Positions 1-7,826 of a stretch of 8,797 bases of DNA are shown piece after piece. Under the pieces are notes generated by a model. The model did not search any database. It was not told the origin of the DNA and worked only from the letters and a program-made list of their open reading frames with translations. The stretch is taken from NCBI RefSeq assembly GCF_006345805.1, contig NW_021828341.1, positions 1-8,797 of the forward strand. The letters run 5' to 3'. Numbering within the stretch: the stretch's first letter is position 1; each line of letters begins with the position of its first letter. The DNA is from Octopus sinensis (lineage: Eukaryota). The position numbers and the translations under genes are program-made.

Positions 1-199
1 ATCACTTATGCTGAGTGTGTGTACGTGCGTATATGTGTGCGTATAACGGGATACTCGACTCAGGAAATGTATAAAAAATTGTTAAAATGATTTCTGTTTT
101 GTAGAAGTATAACCGATTAATTATGTAGGCCCCGGTTGAAAATGACTGATTTAGACGTTTGGAAAACTGAAGATGATGCTGTGTACCATGTCCCACTAA

Positions 200-302
200 A
201 GAAAACATTAGCCACTAAACCTTTTTCTATTTTCTCTCCCTGTTTATTTCTGTGTTCCTTTGTGACGAAGGGCGTAGACTCGAAATATAAAAGACTTCTC
301 AC
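200..302 (+). mobile_element. Probable Penelope-like element (PLE) terminal-repeat fragment carrying a hammerhead motif
   Basis: A pyrimidine-rich tract is followed by a minimal hammerhead architecture at 258-293. Minimal type I hammerheads are a known hallmark of PLE pseudo-LTRs. Boundaries are approximate; the right edge is where the R4-like reading frame stops resembling its family. Confidence 0.45.
258..293 (+). ncRNA. Degenerate minimal type I hammerhead ribozyme (likely inactive relic)
   Basis: Stem I CTTT(258-261)/AAAG(290-293); core GTGACGA(262-268) versus consensus CUGANGA (C3->G); extra A269; stem II GGGC(270-273)-GTAG-ACTC(278-281) with G-C, G.U, G-C and one mismatch; GAAA(282-285); palindromic ATAT mini-stem III; UH = TA(288-289). 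Confidence 0.5.
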
Positions 303-580
303 TTGGATCTGTAGTCTTCGAATCAGCTTTCTCCTTTCTGGATTTGAGAATCCTAATTACTCAAGATTGGTATTTAGTCTGTGTGTTACATACCCCACGG
401 CCTCGGTAATTACAGGTATAAATCTGAAATTGTGATCTGGATAGAGTAACTGCAGATTTCTCAATAGTTCGGCGTAGATATTCTCTTTGTCACTCATCTT
501 CAGCTTTATGTTAACCGCTGGGCAGCTAATTTCCACAACTGCACACAGCTTCTATTCTCTATCTCAAATCATCATATCAG
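303..580 (-). mobile_element. Decayed non-LTR retrotransposon fragment, R4/Dong-like restriction-like endonuclease (RLE) C-terminus
   Basis: Manual translation of 578->303 (92 codons, no frameshift, 3 stops): DMMI*DRE*KLCAVVEISCPAVNIKLKMSDKENIYAELLRNLQLLYPDHNFRFIPVITEAVGYVTHRLNTNLE*LGFSNPERRKLIRRLQIQ. This fits the RLE pattern (P)D..W...K.C.VVE.SCP...N...K..K...Y..L...L.....P.....G...LGF of R4-clade elements. Recognition is from memory, not a search. Confidence 0.8.
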
Positions 581-688
581 TATGTATGTATATATGCATG
601 CATGTATGTATGTATGTATGTATATATGTATGTATGTATGTATGTATTTATGTATGTATATATGTACGTATGTATGTATGTATGCATG
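581..688. repeat. Imperfect (TATG)n microsatellite
   Basis: Tandem TATG units with occasional TATA/CATG variants. Confidence 0.95.
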
Positions 689-804
689 TTTGTTTGAAAG
701 GAGCTACAAATAGTACGCTGATTTAGGAATCAGTAACAGAATTAATGAAACCAAATAAAGTAGCGTAGTTTTCATATTTCTGTATCAAGTTAAATATTCA
801 TTAG

Positions 805-841
805 AATGGCGTGATTATAAAAAAAATGGCGTGTGATTATA
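805..841. repeat. Short direct duplication around an A-run
   Basis: AATGGCGTGATTATA (805-819) and AATGGCGTGTGATTATA (825-841) are separated by AAAAA. Confidence 0.8.
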
Positions 842-842
842 T

Positions 843-891
<49 letters not shown>

Positions 892-1010
892 ATATATATG
901 TGTGTGTGTGAGCATGTATATGTAGACGTATGAACGTAACAATGTATGTATGCATGGATTTAAACATATGTACCTGTACGTAAGAATATATATACAAATA
1001 TGTATATAAA
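838..1010. repeat. (TA)n/(TG)n compound microsatellite and degenerate flank
   Basis: Direct reading of the sequence. Confidence 0.9.
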
Positions 1011-1097
1011 TTCTACATACGTTTATGAATTTACATCAGTAATTGTATTTACTGTTTCGGAAATACTTTCACCTTCACATCCAAGTGCTTGAGTGCT

Positions 1098-1128
<31 letters not shown>

Positions 1129-1490
1129 GATATATAATATTTATATATGTATATATATATATACACAAATATATATGTTTAGATATATATATATATACAC
1201 ACACAAATATATATATGTAATATATATATATATGTAGTACATATGTATACAATATGTATATATAATATATATATATATATATATACGCACACAAATGTAT
1301 ATGTATACACAATTATATACAGTATATGCATACAGACATATGTTTAGATGAGTGAACATATTTATATACATATATATATATATATACATACATACAAATA
1401 TACACACACATATGTATACGTATGTATGTATGTATGTATGTATGTATGTATGTATGTATGTATGTATGTATGTATGTATGTATGTATGTA
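1098..1490. repeat. Compound (TG)n/(TA)n/(CA)n tract ending in perfect (TATG)17 at 1421-1488
   Basis: Direct reading of the sequence. Confidence 0.95.
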
Positions 1491-1863
1491 CAGAGCTATT
1501 AGTCGCGTAATATGTCAGCAATGCAATCGATGTTTGGTTGAGCCACTTACCATGAAAGTCACTTCTCGCATTTCAAAAATGCCTAATGTCATTTTCGGTT
1601 ATCTAATCCGATTTTGAGAACTATGTTCGCCTCGCATTTGTGAAAAGAAATATTTCTTTTTTTTTCCCTTTATTTCTTTGTTTCTTTGTTGTCATTGCTA
1701 GATATCATGTTTTTGTTTTAATGTGTTTTTATTTAAGTCGTATTCATTTGTGTTATTTTTTTACTTATTTTCTAGCAAATATTTTTTTTTTTTATGCATT
1801 TGATTTTTAAAAATAGGTTTAGGAAAATCTCCTATTCATGATTAATGCATATTTTTATTTTGT

Positions 1864-2011
1864 TATATGTCCTTTAAGTTTAATGCATATGTACATACAT
1901 ATAAATATAATATGCATACGTACACACATACATACATACATATATATTATATGTATATAAATATATATATACATATAATAAATATATATAAATGTACATA
2001 CGTTCATACAT

Positions 2012-2045
<34 letters not shown>

Positions 2046-2374
2046 TATATGTATATATATATATAGATAGATCGATATATATACATAAAATAAATATATA
2101 TATATATATACACATATAACCTATATATATATATACATATGCATACATATATACATATACATATAAACATATATAAGTGTATACATATATGCTTATATAT
2201 TCATATATATACATACATACGTATACATATATATATATATGTATATATATATACATGTATGTATGTATATATATTATATACATATCATATATATGTGTAT
2301 ATATATACATGGATGTATGTATATGTATATATATATGTATATATACATACATATATGTATGTATTTATATGTAC
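1864..2374. repeat. Degenerate (TA)n/(CATA)n/(TATG)n low-complexity tract
   Basis: Direct reading of the sequence. Confidence 0.95.
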
Positions 2375-2646
2375 ACAAACGAAGTGGTGAGGGTGGATTT
2401 TATGTAGTGTTGTATGTTTGTGTTTATTGTAATTTTCATTTATTTTGGGTTTTTTTGTTATTACATTTTCTCGTTCTTTCACATTTTATTTTTTATTCTG
2501 GGTTTTTCTCTTCTTATTTCGATCTCGTGTATTTTCCACTGGTTTTCGCACTTCGTTATATTCTCACATCATATTCGCTTTTGTTATTACAACAGATAAT
2601 GTTATACGTTTCAATTGCTAAAATATATACATATTTGTTCCTACCT

Positions 2647-2815
2647 ATACACACACACACACATGCACAGATATATATATATATATTAATACACACACAC
2701 ATATATATATATAAATATATTTGTTGATAGGTGGCTAGTAATTATTTATTTAGGGGTACATGATGTGTATAAATTGGTCTGTGTGTGTGTGTGTGTGTGT
2801 GTGTTTGTGCGTGTG
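2647..2815. repeat. (CA)n/(TA)n tract (2647-2720) and (TG)n tract (2780-2815)
   Basis: Direct reading of the sequence. Confidence 0.9.
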
Positions 2816-3000
2816 AGTGGCGTGCGTCGCCGAATATACGTGAGCGTGTTAGTACACAAGCACATTTGTAAGTGAACAAGTATTTATCGGATTTGTTAGT
2901 ATAAAGTAGCTGCATATAATTACTGAATTTCATAAAAATAAATACCTATATGGATAAGTCAGGCTTATGTTGAATAAATCATGAAAAGCCTGCATGATAG

Positions 3001-3280
3001 TATTATATAAATATATATAGATATATATATAAATTAGGTATATTATATATATACGTGTATATATATATAATATACCTAATTATATATATATAATATATTA
3101 TATGCATATATATATATATTATATATATATATATATATAGATATATATATATATATATATATACATACACGTATATATATAATATACCTAATTTATATAT
3201 ATATTATATATATATGCATATATATATTATATATGTATGTATATATGCATGTTTAACCATATAATATATAATATATATAG

Positions 3281-3322
<42 letters not shown>
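3001..3322. repeat. (TA)n tract containing nested inverted and direct duplications
   Basis: The marker AATTAGGTATATTA (3032) has reverse-complement copies TAATATACCTAATT at 3068-3081 and 3180-3193. A 40-bp perfect inverted repeat spans 3021-3060/3165-3204. Confidence 0.9.
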
Positions 3323-3324
<2 letters not shown>

Positions 3325-3910
3325 GCAGAAAAAATATATACAGCCAGCTATGTACACAAGTAAGTGTGTGTTCGTTTGTATGTGTGCGTGTTGTTTGTGC
3401 TTGTGTGTATACAGTTATACCCATTCAGCACTCACGCATTCATTATTTATATAGATAACCGTAGTTAATGTAGTATTATTAGTTAAAGTCTGTTTCGGAC
3501 ATCAGTGGTAATACTAACAACCAGATTACACTAAAATCACATAATTTCATTTCAGAAACAATCGAGGCAATTTTTTTGAGATGATTCAATTTTCTACAAT
3601 TAGCATCTAATTATTGCTCAAATTGCACCATATCCTCTTTTGAGCCAATGAGAAAGGTTCCACGTGTTTGCACGAGGTGATAGTTACGATACCAACTTCT
3701 TCGGATCATACCTTACCGTTTTATTAGCGACCAATAGAAACACCAGATGATTCTCAACTTGATAACTGATACAAATACAGATCACCTTCCATCGCTGGCA
3801 CTAGAATGTTTTGTTTCGTGCTTTCTTTTTTTTTTTGTTCTTTATGGATTTTCCTACTTTTATAGAAATCTTTAAATATAAAGCTGAAGTTGTGTGTGTG
3901 TGGCAGGTTT

Positions 3911-4220
3911 GGTAGCCTTCAACTAACACTATCTCTTCCGAGACCCTGCGGCGCAAGTTGACCAAAATTGAGAGTTTGATAGAAGAAGGCTGGCTCTTCA
4001 TTTCGCAAAAGAAAGAATTCAAATCGGACCATGTTAAGACCAAAAATTATTTACATCAAAAAGATGCTGTTTTACTATGAAAATCCCTGCTTTTTACGAT
4101 TTTTTAACTGCTCTGACGACATTTTTTGGTGTATTTCAACCAGAAAAAATTTCACTTAAAGAGAATAACAAGCTACATAATGCAAAATTTTTACTTTTCA
4201 AAAGTTCCAATTCTAAAGGG
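3911..4220. mobile_element. Possible non-autonomous DNA transposon remnant with a piggyBac-like right end
   Basis: Ends in ...AATTCTAAAGGG (4220), resembling AGGG termini, and recalls an abundant octopus repeat from memory. The flank is TCTA rather than TTAA and no matching left TIR was found. Confidence 0.25.
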
Positions 4221-4322
4221 TCTACTGCTAGTAGAATATAAAGTGGTTAACATGGCAGAGGGCGCAATGTGACAGATTCCACCCTATAAATCAACAAGGA
4301 TTTTCAAACTTATCATGTACTT

Positions 4323-4480
4323 GGCACAGGCGTGGCTGTGTGGTAAGTACCCTACTTCCCAGCCACCTGGATGTGGGTTCAGTCCCACTGCGTGGCACCT
4401 TAGGAAGTGTCTTCTACTATAACCTCGGACTGATCAAAGATTTGTGAATGGATTTGCTACACGGAAAATGAATACGAGCA
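4323..4480 (+). mobile_element. tRNA-derived SINE (octopus-type), plus strand
   Basis: Head GGCACAGGCG, A-box-like TGGCTGTGTGG, B-box GGTTCAGTCCC, body GTGGCACCTTAGGAAGTGTCTTCTACTATA...TTGTGAATGGATTTG, then a (TA)n tail. A homologous inverted copy lies 13 nt downstream. Confidence 0.85.
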
Positions 4481-4493
4481 AATATATATATAT

Positions 4494-4638
4494 GGCTTTT
4501 TCAGTTTCTATCTCACAAATCGACTTACAATGACGTGATATTGTAGCAGGCACCTGCTCAAGGTGCCAAGTTCTGGGACTGAACCCAAAACCATACGGTT
4601 GAAAAGGAAGCTTCTTACTACACAGCTGCGCCTGCGCC
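4494..4638 (-). mobile_element. tRNA-derived SINE of the same family, minus strand
   Basis: Reverse complement reads GGCGCAGGCGCAGCTGTGTAGTAAGAAG...GGGTTCAGTCCCA...TGGCACCTTGAGCAGGTG...GAAACTGAAAAAGCC. About 75% identical to 4323-4480 over the first 65 nt by manual count, with a ~10-nt internal deletion. Confidence 0.85.
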
Positions 4639-4687
4639 TATATGTATAAGTCAATATATACATACTTATACATACATATGCATAGGT

Positions 4688-4765
4688 ACACACACCACAC
4701 ACACCACACACACACACACACCACAACACCCACAACACACCACACACACACACACACAACACACA

Positions 4766-4814
<49 letters not shown>

Positions 4815-4869
4815 ACAACACACACACACCACACACACCACACACACCACACACACATACACACACACA

Positions 4870-4915
<46 letters not shown>

Positions 4916-4918
4916 ACA
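4688..4918. repeat. Interrupted (CA)n microsatellite, ~230 bp
   Basis: Direct reading of the sequence. Confidence 0.97.
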
Positions 4919-5034
4919 GCTTGCTCGCTACTGGATATAGGGCGGGCAGGATTTGTTCTACTTACAACTAAAGGTGTGTTAACTTGCCCGAGTGAGTTTG
5001 GAAAAAAAGAAAACGACAACGGCGACAATACGAC

Positions 5035-5300
5035 GAAGACGATGATGATGATGATGATGAGAATGGTGGTGATGGTGATGGCGACGGCGGCAGAGATCAT
5101 GGTATGTTGGTGATCGTGGGGTGGGTATTCTTGTTAGTGAAAATAATAGGGTTTTTTTAGGAAGTAATGGTTGGCGCAATGGTGATGGTGATGGTGATTG
5201 TTGTCGTGGTGATGGCGGTGGTAGTGAGGGTGGTGGTGGTGGTGGTGGTGGTGGTGGTGGTGGTGGTGGTGGTGGTGATTGCGATGCTGTTGATGGCGGT
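5035..5300. repeat. Compound (GAT)n/(GGT)n trinucleotide tract with perfect (GGT)16 at 5229-5276
   Basis: Direct reading of the sequence. Confidence 0.95.
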
Positions 5301-5373
5301 GGTGATTGTAGTAGCTTTGAGTATGGCATTAGTCCTAATGGTGAAATCTGAGTAAAAGTAACACCCCTTTCCT

Positions 5374-5394
5374 TAGTAGTAGTAATAGTAGTAA

Positions 5395-5448
<54 letters not shown>

Positions 5449-5508
5449 AAGGAGTAGTAGTAGTAGAGTAGTAGAAGTAGTAGTTGTAGTAGAAGTAGTA
5501 GTAGTAGC

Positions 5509-5548
<40 letters not shown>

Positions 5549-5585
5549 TAGTAGTAGTAGCAGTAGTAGTAGCAGTAGTAGTAGT
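5374..5585. repeat. Interrupted (TAG)n microsatellite, ~210 bp
   Basis: Direct reading of the sequence. Confidence 0.97.
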
Positions 5586-5868
5586 TGTTGTCAATATTAC
5601 TAGTGCTAGGTGTTGCTATGGCAAAGCAATCAAATACCTCCACCCCACACACACCATCTAACACAACCACCACCACCGCCACCCACACACCGTTTCATAT
5701 TATTCTTTTATCTGAAATTGTTCTTTCCCCGTTTCCCTTTTATATTCTATCCCCTTAGCACCCACCCCTTAATTCCCCACCCGGCCATCATCATCATATC
5801 ATCCCACTTTTACTTCTAACCCTATCACTGCCTCTCTAAGTCTTTGCTTGATATACGTGCGCGCGCAT

Positions 5869-5871
<3 letters not shown>

Positions 5872-5927
<56 letters not shown>

Positions 5928-5940
5928 CCCCACATAAATG

Positions 5941-5973
<33 letters not shown>

Positions 5974-6294
5974 TGTGTATGCGTATGTGCATATATATAG
6001 ATATACCTCTGTTACTCTCTCTCTTCTCTCTGTCCCTTTCTCTTTCTTTCTACACACACACACACACACACACCATATATATATATATATATATATAATA
6101 TATATTTATTATATATACATATACATATAGTATATATACATACATATATGTATTTATGTATATATATAATACATATATGTATATATATTATAGTATATAT
6201 AGTATATATATACATACATACATACATATATATGTTATATATATATATATATTATGTATATATATATACATACATATATATATGCATATTATGC

Positions 6295-6345
<51 letters not shown>

Positions 6346-6375
6346 GCGTATATGTATGAGTGTATCTGTATGGAT
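5872..6375. repeat. Compound (TA)n/(CT)n/(CA)n/(CATA)n tract
   Basis: Direct reading of the sequence. Confidence 0.95.
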
Positions 6376-6932
6376 ATATATGCACATGATGCATATGGGC
6401 CTATCCACACTCTTTGCCCTCACACACAAAACCCGAACGAAATCCCTCCATGTCTCTCCTACACTACGTCACCCTGTACGCCGCTACCCGCCGCCATATG
6501 CCAAACAGCAGGCACCGCAGGACATCGCATCGTAACGCTCTATAACCTCTCTGTACTCAACACACCAATAACCAAGCGATTTTTATCATCATTGCTAACC
6601 CCTTTTATCCTCTCCCTCCGTCCTACTAAGCCTACCTCACCCCGCAACTAAATTCACTTTCTTAACCAACATTCAGAACATCAATAGAAACACCAGCAAC
6701 ATTGTTAGCCAATGATAAAGCTTGTAGATGGTTTGTCGTCATGCTTGAAAGACCAGCTAAATCCTGTTCGCATCTTACAGTAAAAACAATTAAAATGATA
6801 AGGAAAAAGGAAAGAAGGTTACATTCAGTAGAGTAGTCTTAGGTATATTGTGCCTGAAAATTATCTGGGATGGATTCATTTTGAACGCATATATCATCGA
6901 TTGGGTTTGATGTTTGGGGTTAAGAAACATCA

Positions 6933-7040
6933 CTAACCAATCGACCAACGTAAAAACCTACCAGCCAGACGTCCACCAGCCAACCAGCTAACAAGTTAAC
7001 CGACCAACCGACCAACCAAGCAACCAACCAGCCAACCAGC
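6933..7040. repeat. Degenerate (CCAA)/(CCAG)/(CCGA) tetranucleotide repeat
   Basis: Direct reading of the sequence. Confidence 0.85.
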
Positions 7041-7046
7041 GCCTTC

Positions 7047-7527
7047 GGATCTTTTCGGTTTGAACGGCAGTTTTTTCTAGCGGTGTCATATGAAATTGTC
7101 ACCCATAATTATGACCCTAGTATCGATCTATTGAATTCATCGTTTATGGTTAGGGTTTTAGTTATGGTAGGGTTAGTTAGGATTAGTTAGGGTTAGTTAG
7201 GATTAGTTAGGTTAGGGTTAGGGTTAGCGGTGGGGGCAAGGGTTTTTTTTTCTTCACAAATGTAACTAAACCCAATCTGTTTCTTAAACGAGGGACATAT
7301 TCATACGGCACAGAAGGTTTTTTACCTCAATAGACGTCATTGATTGGTTGAAACTGCAGAAATTGAAGAAAAAAACCCACCAAATATCTTACAAACCATA
7401 GGATTTTCTCAATAAAGCCAAGAGAAAAAGATGTTTTATAAACACATTCTTCCAGTATACGAAGTTTAAAAGAGTTTAGTTACGTGGAAATTATTTTAAA
7501 AAACTACCGTTCACACCGAAAAGTTCC
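7047..7527 (+). mobile_element. MITE copy 1 (481 bp), GG-terminal TIRs, internal telomere-like array; Merlin-like
   Basis: TIRs 7047-7076 and 7498-7527 match 27/30 and begin GGATCTTTTCGG. Homologous throughout to 7827-8274. No TSD (GCGCCTTC versus GACACCAG). Strand is arbitrary (G-rich array on plus). Confidence 0.9.
7148..7227 (+). repeat. Degenerate telomeric-type array inside MITE copy 1
   Basis: Four exact TTAGGG units plus an exact tandem 20-mer GGTTAGTTAGGATTAGTTAG x2 (7171-7210). Confidence 0.9.
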
Positions 7528-7826
7528 GACACCAGTTTTGATGCAATCTATTCGTGGTACTATTATAATAGTATCGGAGGAAATTACTTTGGCGTATATG
7601 CGTCAGAGCTTTGCGTTGTCTAACATTTTTGGTGGATGAATGAATCCACCACCCGGTTTTACATCATCCCCTAGACCCTCGGTACATTTTGTAGTGTTCA
7701 GTCGATAGCAAGTATTCGGACAGATCTCCAAACAGTGGATCTTTTCTCCCCTTCCTGCCACCAGGTTTTGTAGTCTTCGGGGGGAAATATTTTAAATGAT
7801 GGACACACTCCGTTTAAACTGTAAAG

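Noticed and set aside
136-435. 99-aa plus-strand ORF (and 117-302 minus ORF)
   Set aside because: They span the antisense of the R4 relic and the hammerhead-bearing fragment; incidental openness with no recognisable protein.
3645-3664. ERSE-like CCAAT-N-CCACG
   Set aside because: The spacer is 10 nt and AT-rich; a canonical ERSE needs exactly 9 nt.
3801-4080. Open frames (80-aa minus ORF; plus-strand ETLRRKLTKIESLIEEGWLF...)
   Set aside because: No recognisable motif, no coherent splice-site pair, and overlaps a suspected repeat.
4113-4150. Second hammerhead candidate CTGACGA...GAAA
   Set aside because: Extra unpaired bases precede stem II, and stems I/III and the UH site cannot be formed.
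4252-4290. CTCF-like CAGAGGGCGC and a TATAAA upstream of the SINE
   Set aside because: The 5' CC of the CTCF core is missing; TATAAA is uninformative in AT-rich DNA.
4323-4400. tRNA gene
   Set aside because: A and B boxes are present but there is no cloverleaf, and it continues into a SINE body.
5229-5690. Long-range pairing of (GGT)n with downstream CCA-rich sequence; two-tier G4
   Set aside because: Low-complexity complementarity without specific register; common in such genomes.
487-6535. Long ORF-track entries rich in YI, VC, HT, MYV and poly-V/G/P/L/T/Y
   Set aside because: They are translations of (TA)n, (CA)n, (TATG)n, (GGT)n and (TAG)n tracts, which lack stops in some frames. No domain content.
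7630-7674. Helitron 3' end (hairpin plus CTAG at 7671-7674)
   Set aside because: The hairpin-to-CTAG spacing is ~20 nt (longer than typical), the next base is A rather than T, and no 5' TC end is identifiable.
7737-7746. GGATCTTTTC, a 10-bp match to the MITE TIR start
   Set aside because: Similarity stops at 10 bp with no partner; compatible with chance.
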